Numbered from the stretch's first letter, positions 1 through 14,570 are shown. The stretch is 64,000 nucleotides of DNA from Hamiltosporidium tvaerminnensis FI-OER-3-3 (GCA_022605425.2 CM061251.1:310001-374000), one strand, 5' to 3'. Program-made: numbers and translations. Notes: generated by a model not told the origin, from the letters alone.

Positions 1-310
1 CTCTTGCCATACGATTCCGTGAAGAGATAGGGAAACTACATTATTATTACGATGCATTGACACTACTTTCGCTGGACCAATATAGAAAGGATCTAATTTT
101 GATCTGTTATGGTTTTTAACCAACGCGAAATTTCCCACTTCGTAAACAAATTCTGTTTTTCGTTTTGCGTTAGATTTTTGATTCTCCGAGTCGGCTGCTT
201 GCTTGATTCTGGTAGCTATACTTTCAAGATTTATTTTTCTTGTCCTTTCCAATAAATCTAATCTAGATTTGTTAAATATTATTTCCTCGGGTGAAAGCTC
301 CGTGATTCTA

Positions 311-1018
311 TTATAGGCGTTGTTTAGGGTAAATTCGGCTATGTTGATTGCCTGTGTTAAAGTTTTTTTCCCGATTGCATCTTAGGACTGATGAAATTAT
401 TTGGTTAGCTCTTTCCAAGATTGAGTTTCCGGTTGGGTTATATACCGAAGTACAAATATGTTTTATGCCGTTGAATCTGCAAAAAGTATTGAATTCTTCG
501 GATATATATTGTCGTCCTTGATCTGTTAGAATTTCTTTAGGTCTTTTAAAGCGATGGAACCAATTTTCAAACGCTTTGATTACTTGTTTAGTGCTGATTT
601 GATAAAGAATGGTTAGTAAGGTATATCTTGAAAAAACGTCTGTAATTGTTAGAATATAGAATTTTCTTTTATCAAATTGATTAATTAATGATCCTAGGAT
701 ATCCGAGCAGATTTTTTTTAATGGTTGAGCACTTTCAATGAATCCGGTGATTTTTCCATATGAGATAGTCTGTCTTTTGTTTATCATGCATGTAGAGCAT
801 GTACTTACTACATGTTTGATCTTGCCTTTAATATTTGAAATAAGATAAAAGTTCTTGATACTATAATATAGTTTGTTGATTCGACAATGTCCTAACATTG
901 TGTGAATTTGGTTGATTACTTTGACTGAAATATCATCAGGGACGATAATCTTATGGTTCAAATCAGTATAGAGATATTTTTCTTTTAGATTAGCTATGTC
1001 ATAGGAGTATTGCGTCAT
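311..1018 (-). pseudogene. Gypsy integrase fragment
   Basis: H-x4-H..C-x2-C zinc motif; DDE core (SDILG, ITDVFSRY, TDQGRQY, NSILER). Confidence 0.9.
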
Positions 1019-1305
1019 TATATTTTTTGAATTTTGCTGGCTCTCTTGAATATTTTCCTTAAGTTAGATGTATCTAGACTTAAAATACTAAAATTCCTTG
1101 ATAAAAAATCAGCTGCCACGTTTTCTTCTCCTTTTATAAATTTAAGTTTAAAGTTATATTCGTCTTAGAGCAGTTTCCATCTCAGAATTCTTGATTTAGA
1201 CGCATCTGTATTGAAAAGTAAATTGTGGTTATCTACGTGAATAGTAACGAGGGTATCAAATATTATTTTTTTAAAAGAGTTGAGGCATTTAATTACGGCT
1301 AAAAA

Positions 1306-1905
1306 TTATTTTTCCATGATTTTATATTTGGTTTCTGCTTTGGTTAATTTCGAAGCAAAAAGTTTTATCAACTTATTCTCTTGTAGTAGAACTCCACTTA
1401 TTCCCGTGTCGCAAGCATCCGTAAATAGCATAAAAGGTTTGTTTGGGTCGGCAATATGTAGAATTTTCGGATTAGAGATATCGTTGAATATGCTTTCGAG
1501 TTGTATAATGTCCTCTTTATTCCATTTAAACTGTGGTTGCTTTAAATAGTCATTCCATCTAGATATACGACTGCTAATATTGTAAACGAAGGGTCTGAAC
1601 CAGTTAATGTATCCTATTAGAGAAAGCAAGTGTTTTTTTGTTGTTGGGTAAGGCATATTTATTCTTTTATGGTCAACGTTACTGATATCAGGTTTTAGAG
1701 TATTGTTTGTAATTAAATATCCTAAGAATTGTACTTCTTTTAAAAAGAAATTACTTTTGTCAAAGTTAATAGAAATTTCATGTGATTTCAGTGAGTTTAA
1801 AACCTCTTTTACGTGTAATTTATGATGTTCAGTGTTTTTAGAGAATATCAGTATATCATCTAAGAATATTCTAACAAAATCTAAATTACCTAATAAAAGA
1901 TTCAT
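1306..1905 (-). pseudogene. Gypsy RT / RNase H fragment
   Basis: FLDDILIFS, VQFLGY, GYINWFRPF, FTDACDTGISGVL. Confidence 0.9.
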
Positions 1906-2422
1906 TGCTTTTTGAAATGTTCTTGGTGCTCCTATAACCCAAAAGGCATTCTTTGGAATTCATAATGTTTGTTCAATATCCTAAAGGCTGTTTTTTTAAT
2001 ATCCTCTAGGTGCATAGCTATTTAGTAATATACATTTTTCAAATCTATTTGAGAGAAATATATTGCCTCTGTTAAAGAATGCAAAGTATCTTCTATATTT
2101 GGGAACGGATACTGCTGTACAATGGTTCGAGCATTTAGTTTACGGTAGTCGACAATCAAACGGATTTCGCCGTTTTTTTTTAAAAAATTGAGTATGCAGG
2201 TGAGTAGAATGGAGACTCACTAGGTTTTATAATATCTAATTGAAGTAAACGATCGAGTTCTTGCTTTAATTTCTTGTCTAAATTATAGTTATAGAGTAAG
2301 GTTTTGCGACTAAGGCAAAGGATCATTTAGCGCCATTTGGTGTTCTATGTTAGGAATTAATCCGATTTGTGGGTTTTCTTTTTTGTATGAAATTATTGCT
2401 TGATCGATTTCTTCTATTATCT

Positions 2423-3058
2423 TTAGGGAAGATCTTTATCAATAAGCATTTGATCTAGGCCTATATTCAAAGATGGTGCATCTAGATTCAATGGTAATTT
2501 TACGGATCTTATAGTTAAGTATTTTTCCTTAAAGCTGATCTCTGAATTATGTTTGTTCAAGAAGTCAATTCCTAAGATAACACTAGTTGGCATAGATGGT
2601 AGGACTAATGCATCAACTTTAAAAGTAATGGTTGGGTGCAATTTAAATTGAAGCGGAAATTCTACTTTTTCCAATATTTGATGGGTTTCTCCATTGGCTA
2701 CTGAAATGGTCTTGGTATTGTTTAATCTAATCGGTAGAATGCCTGTTTTTTTGAGGAATGTTGAGTTGACGTAACTGTATGATGCTCCGGTATCCACTAA
2801 TATGTTATCGAAAGTAGTATTGTTGATACGTGCGATGAATTCCATATTTTTGACCGGGTATTCTTTTTCTATAACCATCATAGATTGTTTTGAATGATTA
2901 ATATCTTTTCTTTTTATACCTCGCTTCCTTTCTTGTTGAGCGATGCACTCTTGGTCTGTATGATTATTACTTTTATGATAGGTGCATTTATATCGCTTAT
3001 CGGGTATTTTATTTGTGGGAAAAGAGTAATCTGATGTTCCTTGATGTATTTTATACAT
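2423..3058 (-). pseudogene. Gypsy Gag C-terminus + aspartic protease fragment
   Basis: CxxHx4Hx4C knuckle, LVDTGAS, VILGIDFL. Confidence 0.88.
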
Positions 3059-5597
3059 ACATTCTTTTTCTTGAATCTGTAATAGTGTTGCATGAGCTGT
3101 TGGGATTGTTTCCTCCGGTAAATCAACCCTTTTTTTCTTTGCTCAAGTGTTAGACCCATGATGAAATAATTAAATTTTTCTCGATTTAAGAGTTTCTCGT
3201 CAAGTGGATAGCAGTGATCAAGATATTTGAGTAAGTTCTCAACTGCTTTTGTATATAGGGTAAGATTCCTGTATTGCTTACACGAGATATTTCTTAATTG
3301 GTTAATCTACTTATGCCTATCTGAAGGCCGAAAGAAAAAGGTGATAATAGTATCGAGACATGTATCTACTTTTGATTGCGGTGCAAGATGAGACTTGATG
3401 TCTTCTGAAAGTAGGATAGAAAGCATGTTTCAGCTATGACTCTGATCCCATTCGTTCAAGGTAGCAATTAAACGGAAGTTAGTAATTCATGTGTGAACGA
3501 CTGATGGGTCAGTATAGACGTTAAGTTTGGTGAGTTGCAAACTTGGTCCGGTACTTCCATTGTTACCCCGAATTTGAAATGTAAACGTTTCTTCTGGTTG
3601 TATAAAGTTAAGCCTTGTGGTACATGTTGTCGTATTGATCGGCTTTGAGCTCAAAATGCCGTGTGCCGGCGTTTTAGAAGAATTAAATGAATGAATTTTA
3701 TTTATTAAAGGTCTTATCTTATGTTTCATTTTCACTCCTTCTTAGGGGTAAAAGAAATAATTATTTAAATAATTATTCAGGGGGGTTTAATGTCGTTACT
3801 CAGAATGAGTTTACGACAAGTAGTATTTTTAAAAAAATCATTTTTTGTGGATTTTATTTTTTTATCTTTGATAAGTTTTAAAGAATATTCGAATAAGATT
3901 GCTATTTTGACGCTTTAATGTATTTCGATTCTTTATCTCTTTCTACATTTAAAAAAATTGCAAATTCTTTTCAAATTATTTTATAATGATAAAGAGTAAA
4001 TATTAGTAGTATTATGGTTGTTTTAATGATTATTTTAAAATTTTTTTTATTGAAATATATTTTGTTATTTACATAGGTTTTGGATTATATTTTGAAAAGA
4101 CGGAAGAAGAAAGGAGATAAGTATTTGAGGAGGTGTGTAAATTCTATTATAATTATATTTATTTTAATTAAGAATAGAGGGAGGATGAATGTATATGAGG
4201 GTTGCATTAATTGGATTGAAATTATTTTTTTTAAGAAGAGAATAGATTAAGGAAGACTTCGGTCGTAAGTTAAACTTAAGCTATGTGTTTTTAATTTATG
4301 GATTTAAAGATAGATAACAGAGGAAATATAATAGTGTGCTAGAATCAATATAATTAGTTGTGTTTAAGGTTTAAAAACTACTTTCTAGAGGACCTAAATT
4401 TGTTTTTAGAAAACGGAAGTAATCATTTATGTTTGTTGATTTAAAATATATTGGTTTTTAGAATGTTCTTAGTTCACAGATAAATGGTTATACGTGCAAA
4501 AATAAGTTTTGAGGTATCATGAATCATTCGAATGATTATATCCTTAAATAAAAAGCTTGGATTAACTATAGCAATGAAGTCCTCTTTGTAGTAAGTTTAA
4601 ATCGAAATACCTAGATTATAGACACCCTTTTCAGGACACCTAAATATCTGAATAAAAGAAAATAAAGAAGAACAAGCGTATTGTGCGAAAAAACTGGTCT
4701 AAATGATAGATTTGTATGAACCTAGAAGAAAAAAACATCTTTATAAAACCTTGAACAGAAGCAATATAAAATCATATTATTTGCTTTGACTCATTTATAA
4801 GGTTTATACTGAATAAATGGTTTAGATATTTTTAAAAAAAAAAATTGTATTCGGTATAACAAAGTGCAAGTACGCACATTCGCTATTTTAATTTTAATTT
4901 AAAAATAAAAATGTATTTTTTGAAAGAGAAATATAGCCTCTAAGTAATTACTATACGAATTTAGATATTTATGTAATATACCTGTAAAGTATGCTTAGAT
5001 TTTTTTTATAGAAAAAAGAAAGAATTGATTAGAAAATTACATTGAAGTGACCTTGGTAAAATATAATTTAAGTAATTAAAAAATTATATAAGTCTCTTTG
5101 ATAAATTCTTCAAATTTAGTATGCGGAAATAAGAATGTACATCATATTTAACCGATTAAAATAAGAATAATAAAACTAAATTTATATTTTATAAAAAAAT
5201 AAAGTTAAAGAACAATCATTTAAACTAAAATTCATTATAAGTTTTATTCAAAATTTTAAAACTGCGAACCCGATTAAGTACAATTTTAGTTAATGTGTAG
5301 TATTTGCTTATAAATATAGTACCAAGGGTTTCTTATACTATAACCCGACAATAATTGATCTCGAATAACATATATGTGCTTTAGAAACCTATATTTGATA
5401 TAAACGTATGTTAAATTTCAAACAATCTAAAGTTCAGTGAACCAAGTTTTTTTTATACGAAAAATAGACTAAATCAAATGCCAACAAAAGCGTAAAGATA
5501 ATAAAGAGTTGCAATAAATAGAGCAAATAAGCACCAAAATAGGCAACAAAAGGCATGTACGTGCTAAAGAGAAGGACTTACAATTATAGCGACAATT

Positions 5598-6325
5598 AAT
5601 ATTGCAGAAAGTAAGATGAAATTACAGTAAAAAAATTCTCGACTCCAAATATAAAAAATGAAAAAATATAGCGCAAATAAATGCTACGGAAATATCTAAG
5701 GATAAGCTACTTAATGGAAATCATACGTAACTTGTATAAAGTAAATTTAATTTATTGTAATTTACCAAATGGGTAAATAATAACCACAATAAATATATTT
5801 TTTTGTTAAATTATTGAATATTTAACCCTGAATCATTTAAAATATGAAAGAGGCAAGTTGGTTTGTAGTATTAAAGCTATAAATCAGATGCTTTTTTAAA
5901 CAATTTTATAAGGAAACGAAAATATGATTAAAATATTACATTTGCACCGGTGAAGAAGAATTTGCAATTTTCTTCTATTACATATATTCGGTCGTTTAAT
6001 TTTTTCAAAAGAAATACTATTTTATCTATTTCTTACTATCGGTGGATTTATGGCGCCTTTTTTTAGAAGAAAAATGGAAATAAAAATTTAACTAGCAATT
6101 AAATGTTCCTGGGAATTGCTGATTTTCCGTATTTCTTAACCAAATACAAAAATGTGATAACATAGCTCAAGCAAAATACTTCGAAATGATTTTTTTAAGC
6201 AGCAAGATGAAGCATTAATTTAAAAATAATAAATTAATTGAAGGACATATATTTTTTTGTATATTCACCAATTTTTATCTTTTTCATAATATTTTTTTTG
6301 CTATTTTTTAATAGAATAAATAAAA
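5598..6325 (+). repeat. Dispersed ~720-bp AT-rich repeat 'B', copy 1
   Basis: Colinear with the reverse complement of 26951-27678 (e.g. gcaccggtgaagaagaatttgcaatt, taaccacaataaatatatt, aaggacat). Confidence 0.85.
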
Positions 6326-6334
6326 TAAAGTGGT

Positions 6335-7025
6335 TTACCAGTTAAAAACTAATGCCTGCACATGATTAGGCAAACTTGGTTTTTATAATACCTATTTGCG
6401 TTTTGGTAGAATAAAATGGCTTCTTTTTTTGCGGTTTGTATATTGAAGAAAAAGTCTACAAAATAGTTAAATTTTATCGAAAAAACTCAGTTTGTAATTC
6501 TTTATGTTACTATATTATGAACAAGCTGTAAACCTTTGATTAATTTACATATAAAAACATTTTAACTTTGTTTTTTTCACTCAAATTAGAAGAATCTGCG
6601 TCTGGAATATCAAGAAAAGCGTGCTATTAAAAAGTCAGGGGGTTTAATGCAAGTTATTCTGTTCGTATATAATTGCAAAATTTATAGTAGACCCAATGTA
6701 AGCTACCATATCTGTATTAAGTTGAAATTTTTTTGATTAGGAAAGTTTAGAGTATTTATGAAGGCTGAATAGTCGTAGGGGGTCTAGGTTGGTATCGACC
6801 AGTGATCAAATTCAAGTAAACAGACATTACGAACTCTAAAAACAAACATGCTCATATTTAAAAGAGGTCTGCACATATTTTATATTAAAAGTGCGTGGTA
6901 TGGGTATAGTAGGGAACACAGATGGTGTTTTGTGAGATGCATTTATACTTCACTAAGACGGGTTTAATATCATGAAACAATATAACATGCGCAAATTTTT
7001 AGAAAAGATGTGAAATTTATTGTAG
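6335..7025 (+). mobile_element. Old, diverged copy of ~710-nt structured element 'A'
   Basis: Colinear matches to 37201-37920: ttttggtagaa, ttagaaga, gaaagt-tagagta, gctg-atagtc, acattacgaactc, gatgg-gt, atgtga. Confidence 0.7.
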
Positions 7026-8876
7026 AAAGTTATGTGATATGTGCTTATAAGAGAAATGATCAAGAATGATAGTATTATAAAGAAAGTACTACTAATTAAA
7101 ATTAATTTCTCTTTGTTATATAGTTTCAATTCATTAAAAGGCATCAATAAATCCCGGTATTTCATAATATAAAAGATAATATACGGTTTCGGCTATACTA
7201 AGATGTGATTTAATACTAAGAAAATATATTGGAAAATATAAATCTTTATTTATTAAATTTCAGGGGCATTAGATTTTTATATTCTTTAAATATAAAGTTT
7301 AAACAACACGATCTAATTATTTGATTATATATTACGGAACAAATTTTATCGTTTTAGACTCAAAAAAATTAAATGTATGGAATAGGTGACTAAAACATAA
7401 TATTGACCTAAAGATTTTCCTTTGAATATTTTAGTATTTTTTGAGCATGAGAATCGGATTATGGCTTAAAAAACATTAAAGTAATAGGTTATACATTGGA
7501 AAAAAAGGAAATCAGATTTTTTAAAAGTTTCACTCTCCAAAGCGGATTTGTTGAGAAAGAAGAATAAACGCGGTAAACGCTGAGGCATTGATCAGTGAAA
7601 AAAACACTAAATTTCATCAGTTCTCCTTCAAACTCGAAAGGTAGAAAAGGGAAAGGGATTAGGGAGAATATTTTGGGAGTATACATTTTTTTTATTTGAA
7701 AAATAATGTGTTTACGACAGAAATAAATTCTTTAAGTTTTAGAGAAAATATTATAGACTTGAATATAGTGTTTGACAAAAATATATAAAAAATGAGGTTA
7801 GTTTAGATTAAACAAAATCGACTTCTAGAGAGACTGATTTTTAATTGCTTTTATAGAGGAAATCTAGAAGCCCTATAAGAAAGGATTTATATTTATTGCC
7901 AGTATTGTTCGAACAGCGAAAAAGAAACTAAAATGTCACCTTTAATGTTACTTCTACTATTCTTTTACACAATAATAATACCTATGTACGAAACCATTTT
8001 AAATAATTTTGACTGATAGGTATAAAATAGTTATCTAGTTTAAGAATTTTATATTACTAACATAGATTCTTTTAGGTATCTAACGACAAATCCTGGCAAA
8101 AAAATTTTTTCTTAACCGTAAAACTTAGACTTAGTGTATTTAAATTAAAGAATTCGTTGGTTCGATTTCAAAACAGGATTATCACAAATCATTTATTAAT
8201 GATGCAAAAAATTCATATAAACAAATACCAGAAAATTTTTCTGATAAAATCACACAGAACCCAAAACTGGCAAAAATTTGATAGTCAAAAAAATGGAATA
8301 CTTGTGAATTTGAACTAAAGAGTTGAATCTGTATTGAACTCGGTTGTAAAATATTTTATAGAACAGGGTACAAAGACGGAAAATCGTATTAAATAAAAGA
8401 TAATATGCTACGTGATTCATTAAAACTGTTCTATTTTGCAATTCCGGATGTGAATAAACTACATATAATTAATTTAATTATTTTATCGAACAATTATTTC
8501 ATGATGTGATTTAATCGAATTATCTGTCTTTGAAGCATAAGATAGTCAATAATAAGTTATTATATTTATGGCCACATTAATTTTAATGTTCGTAATATTT
8601 TAATGAATATGTCTTTCCTCTGAAAGATTGATTTAATATAGAAAAGTCAGACAGTGAGAATACAAATTTAACTTTCAAAATATTTTTTTCGAATTTAAAG
8701 TTAAATTTTATAAATGTTTGCTTCTTATATGCACTTAGGTGAATATCGGTAAATACTAACTACAAAAAAAATATTATTATCGATTAAGATGTTTAAAACT
8801 TCCTTCATTTCTCTAAAAACTATTATTTACTATTTTAATTAAATTAATAAAAAATCTGTTTTTTTAATGTCCATAT

Positions 8877-9647
8877 ATGTTGAAAAAAGAAAGGTACACT
8901 CCAGAGGATTATATGTATCTAGAAATGAAGATTTTAAATCCAATATACTATGTATCAAAAGGTAACACTTTAACTTTTACAGTAGCATATGTTTTGTTGT
9001 TCTTTATATTTTATACATTGTTTTTGTTATATTATATTGGGATAGTATGTTTTTTCATTGTAAAATTTGAGTGTGAAGAAGTATATACAGTGTTAAAGAA
9101 GTATTTTGTGTTAGTAAATTTATTTACTCCACATATAGTGCATCATATAATGTTTATGTACAAAGATCACGATATTACATTTCTAAAACTCTCTATATAC
9201 AATATTTCTATTCTTTTATGCATACTTTCAGAGATATGCATTTATAAACATAATTCTTTGAATCAAGAAAAGATCCTACCAATAATTATCGTGTTCATAT
9301 ATCAGATAATTAGATTAATATTATCTTTTAAGTACTTTGGAGATTTTATATCCTTTATTTTTAAATTCGAACAACAAACTGTTCGTAATACATTTATTTT
9401 CTTTTTAAAATTCATCATGTTTTTTATTATAGATGCGTTTTTCAAGCCTTTTTTATTTAATTCGTTTAGTGAAATATTTTTTTTGCAATCGATCTTCTTA
9501 GTTTTCAAAATTTTATATGTGGCAATTTTTATTAGAAAAACAAAATATATTTTAAACTGTATATTTGGCGTAATATTTTACATATTACTAAATTTTATAT
9601 TTGAATGGAACATATTGCAACTCATATTTGACAAAAAAAACCTTTGA
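8877..9647 (+). CDS. Hypothetical multi-pass membrane protein
   Basis: 256-aa ORF with about 7 hydrophobic segments; no recognised motif. Confidence 0.7.
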   Translation: MLKKERYTPEDYMYLEMKILNPIYYVSKGNTLTFTVAYVLLFFIFYTLFLLYYIGIVCFFIVKFECEEVYTVLKKYFVLVNLFTPHIVHHIMFMYKDHDITFLKLSIYNISILLCILSEICIYKHNSLNQEKILPIIIVFIYQIIRLILSFKYFGDFISFIFKFEQQTVRNTFIFFLKFIMFFIIDAFFKPFLFNSFSEIFFLQSIFLVFKILYVAIFIRKTKYILNCIFGVIFYILLNFIFEWNILQLIFDKKNL

Positions 9648-12600
9648 TTATCTGATATAATCCGATGTAAATTTAAAATAAAAAAAGTAATCTTTCTTAT
9701 ATTATAATTTTTTTCATTATTCTTAATCATTTTAGATTAACACATATCCTATATATATTTTAAATTAAATGAATAAATGATATACAATTGTTAGAAATTA
9801 AATTCTTATTTTTATACATCAATGTATTTATAACAAATAGTGAAATCATCTCATAATTTTTTGCACTAAATTTTTAAATAACTAATTTTTAAACGGCTAT
9901 AGATTAAATTAATTAATAATTCAAAATTTATACTTTAAAATGAAAGAAATACTTCTTAGAGATATATTAATAATTCTAAATATCTAGAATATTGTTATTT
10001 ACACATCAACATATTTACAAAACATCTCGATTTATATACTTCTAACATTTGTTTGTAGCCATCCTTCAGAACTAATAAAAAAAATTATCTTCATTATTTA
10101 CTTAATATAAGTGAAGGAGGAATAACACATTAAAAACCCGCTACTCGGCAATCAGCATTTAAAATTTGGATTAAAATCATTGCTACTGTTTTGGTGGAAT
10201 ATACACCACACGGTATATATAAGCCAATACCCTATAATCTCGAATACAAAAAATGGAAATATACAAATAAAAGACTTTTCTTTGCATATTCGACACCAAA
10301 AGGTGAAAGAGGAATTGAATGAGAGAGTATTTACTTTATATTCTGAAAAAATGTAAACGTTTGCTTTGAATTTTATTATTAAAAAAATATTTCCAACAAG
10401 AGAAATACAGAAAATTATAAATTTTTATGAACTCATAATCTTCAAAACTTAGTTTCGTTTTAGAATGTATAATTATTTTTATTTATACCGAAATATAAAA
10501 TTACTTTAATTTTTTTTGTAAAAATAGTTTATCTATCTCTTGTGATACAGATCTAAATGATTTTGATAGCCAAAATCTTTGAAAATTTAGAATTTTCATA
10601 ATTTTATGTGACCTTGAATATATTTATCAGGATAGTATTTACTTATATTAAACATTTAAAGTGAATTATGTGATATAGAAATCAAAATTTATATTTTAAA
10701 GAGTAATAATAAATTTTTGTAATAGTCTGAAATATTTTTTATTATTACAGCAAGTTTCCTGAAAAGATTCTTGCTATACACATAAATTATTAATTAATAG
10801 AAAATATCCTTATAATATTTTAACATCAATGAATATTTAATTCATAAAAAAATATAATCATTCTATTTTTATGAAATTCCTTAATATTGTTTGTATTTTT
10901 AAAAGACAACAAACATTCCTTGGTATTAATTGGATTTAATTATCATTGAAAATTAAAAATTAATTTAAGATTAAGAATGTTCTAATTATCAGAAACCAAA
11001 TATCAAATTTTTAAATAATAGATTTAAATAAAGAAAAAACAGTATTTATATCCAAGCAAATATTTTAAATCAAATTATTTAAATAGATTTTAGGGTTCAA
11101 TTCAGCCCCATAAAAATACATAATCTACATTTATTAAAAATCATAAAAATATATTATCCTTATGTCAAAAAAAATATTTACGAAATTTCTATTTCTATTA
11201 TTCACTATAATGTACCTATTTATTAGTTATATTTTAATCGTAAATGTAAGTCATAATCTAATTAGCCTTTCTTTATAGAAAAATCAACAGTTGAATTTAT
11301 AACATTATTGTTTGCCTCAATTTTCATAACTATTTTATTTACAGTTTATTTATATGGAAATGAGATATTTTTTAATAAATATAAACAGTAGTTTTATTTT
11401 TAATATTTGTTAATCTTTTTCACAGAATAATTTAAGTATAAAAAATATTAGAAAAATTTTGGTGTAAATTTTTTTTTGAATTTTTTTATTAAACATACAT
11501 TCTAAGAAATAGTAAATTTATATGTTATTGATATTTTGAAAAGATAAAAAGAGTTTTAAAATAAATAAAGCTATATTCATTGGTTTATTTTTATTTTTAC
11601 TTGGTTTTTGCATTCTTTTATCTTATTATTTGACAAGTTTTTAATATTTGACTTACTTTCTGGATTTTGTGTTGTGACTTCAATTTAAGATATCATATTT
11701 CATTTTAGCGTCTTTATTTTTCTTATTAAGTTTCATATAACCGCCTCTTTCGTCAAAAATATATCAGGTCAGTACGTTGTATATATATGGCTTTTGTTTG
11801 TTTCCAATATGCATTTTTCGACTTGAATAGACATTAGAGTCTTAAAGAAAAACCTCATCGTTTTAATAACAAGATTTAAATTTTTTTTATACGATATCAA
11901 CTAGATTATGCCTCTGTTCTAACTGGTATATTAAGCTTGTTAAGGTACATTCTTTGATATTTACTTAGCGCCACATCACAGTTCCACTATAAAATTATAT
12001 CTTCTTATACATACAAATTCACCAATTATTCACAAAAAGTTATTTTTTTGCTGTTTTGTTGCAACAGTTTAAAGAAACCGATGAAGTAAATCCCATCACA
12101 TATAGAGCATTTCTATTGAATTTTTTATCCAAATACCTATATCGAACATATTATTCCGAATTTAGAAACATATTTAAATATAATTTTCTCTAATATTAGC
12201 ATATTGATGACAATCTAGAGCAAAATGACCCCTAAATCTTTTTATGAACCATACTCTATTCAAAAAGTACTAACTTCAACAAAAATGCATTTTTAATTTT
12301 GTCTTGTATTGTAATGTCAAGGAAATTTGAACCTTTTGTTTTTATAATGCTCAGCCTAATTTCTAGAATCGAAATAATCTTTAGACCTTCTGTCTGCAGT
12401 CAAAATATACTTCTATAGTAACTTTAACAAAAATGCGCTACTCTGGTGTTCGATGTTTCCTTTTTTAATATCTAGAAAGAAATTGTGAACACTTATTGAC
12501 CAATTATTGCTTTTGTTATAAAACAAGAAATTTAATATTTGTATTCTATTTGTTATATAAATTTGTTTGTTAGAATAATATGTTTGACCTATCATTCTAG

Positions 12601-14124
12601 CACATATTAAATTAGAATAATTGATAATTATAAGGATTTTTTTAATTTTTTCTATGATTTTTGCTCTGCTGGTAGATACATCTTTTTTTGTTTCAAAAAA
12701 TCCATAAGTAGGCTGCAAAAATATTCACTGGTAAAATAAACTCCGTCAGAGATTTATGTAATTTATAAATTGATTTAAAAAAAATAGCTCTTTACATCTT
12801 AGTTTCAAACCTGCCTAGATTCATCGGTAAAAACCCACGCCGCATGAAGTACATAGAGAAACCGACTGATTTAATTAAATACAACTTGATAGGCCATTAC
12901 CAAATTCTTTTTTTATCAAATACTTGGAATAATCACTTGAGGTTAATTTGGGAAGACAAGATTTTTACATGCGTTTTATAAATAAATTTTAAAATTCCAT
13001 GAATAAACCAAGTGTTTGATTCGGTCCTCTATTCGTCTATTAATTCTAGATATTTTTAAAAAGAACCTCACTTTAATATTTAGCTTTCCTTTCAATGCGT
13101 ATAATTTTTCAAAGATTTATGTTTGATATTTCCTAAACTTATTCTAGACGGAAAGTATTCAATTTAATTCTCAAAAAAATTAAAATGGACTCAATACTGC
13201 TATAATTTTTAATTTACTAGCATATTGACTCGTTTAGATGTCCTAGAAATATGTATCACCATGAATTTCTCTCATTGGTGTATATTTATCCTTGTGCTTT
13301 GATACATCAAATCCATATAGAACACAAATAAGATAAATTACAACACTTTTAAATGCATGATTTTTTATCTTCCCGGTTCATGATTTTTTCAAGTACTACT
13401 GATTATCAAGTTTTTAATTTTGACATTTTAGATTAAATAAATTTCAGAATCTAATCAAGAATTTTCATTATAAATATACTGCAAAAGATAAACACAATAC
13501 ATTAAATCATACTTTCTATATGATCATTTCATGCCGATTTAAAATACCTGCTTCGTTATTTGCACAATTCAACATTTGGCAAAGCTTGCTTTTCCTCTTC
13601 TCAGACACCTCTAAGTCCCTAATAAATCACAGCTAGAAACACATGTCCTTCGACTTCAAATTCAACAATTTTTGTTACACACTTTGTCGCTAACTTATAG
13701 AGCTTTTACATACAAATGATTGGCTTGTAATCAGATTTAATACAAATATTTATTCCATTCACATCAGTAAATGGTTTCAAGGGTAACTAAAATTCTAAAA
13801 AAATATTTATTTATTAAATGCCTTATATAAAGATTCTATAATAAAAAAACATTATAAAAATTCTATACCTAAGTTTCTTATGCCCATCAAATCAAAAATA
13901 ATTATATCTTTATATAAGAGTTAAGATTTAGGGTAAAACCACTTTTAAATAGATAGTTTTTTTAAGACTTACAAAATATAATGTATAATCATCAAACCTG
14001 CAATTAATTTAAATTTTTTTTTGTAAAGTCACACCAGATATTTTAATAGAACCTCTAATAAATAGCAGATAAATATTTTATAATTTTTATTATCAATTAA
14101 ACACGATATACCCTATACAATAGA

Positions 14125-14530
14125 TACATATAAATAACACCTATTACTCATATACTTATAATAACACCTCTTAATCTTACTAATTGTTTTTTAACCCCTT
14201 TAAATCATACTACATATAAATAACACCTATTACTCATATACTTATAATAACACCTCTTAATCTTACTAATTGTTTTTTTGCACCCTTTAAATCATACTAG
14301 ATGTAAATAACACCTATTACTCATAATATTCTATCATTAAAACCTCTTAATCTTACTAATTGTTTTTTTAAACCCCTTTAAATCATACTAGATGTAATAA
14401 CACCTCTTAATCATAATATTCTATCATTAACACCTCTTAAACGTAATATTTATCATTAACACCCATTAAACATACTACATTGATTTTTCCACCCTTTAAA
14501 CACTGTACAATACTATTAACACCTCTTAAA
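14125..14530. repeat. Minisatellite of ~90-bp units downstream of Cdc20
   Basis: Repeated taaataacacctattactca...aacacctcttaatcttactaattgtttttt...ccctttaaatcatacta. Confidence 0.85.
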
Positions 14531-14570
14531 CCCACTTCCCTTTGTACATTACCCCCCTAATAACCCCTTA

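Larger units (their letters stand above)
1..3818 (-). mobile_element. Degenerate Ty3/Gypsy LTR retrotransposon (gag-PR-RT-RH-IN), running off the left edge of the window
   Basis: Minus-strand fragments in Gypsy order: Zn knuckle CTYHKSNNHTDQEC, protease LVDTGAS, RT FLDDILIFS, RNase H FTDACDTG, integrase (HHCC, TDQGRQY, YNPTGNSILER). Broken by many stops and frameshifts. 5' terminus TGTCGTAAAC at 3818. Confidence 0.93.

Noticed and set aside
6636-6650. cagggggtttaatg matching the Gypsy post-terminus motif at 3778-3792
   Set aside because: It lies within the diverged A copy and aligns to A's ccgggagagctaag; probably coincidental.
11500-13760. Coding-like minus-strand stretch, also 51400-56700
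   Set aside because: No continuous frame or recognisable motif; may be old pseudogenes but cannot be called.
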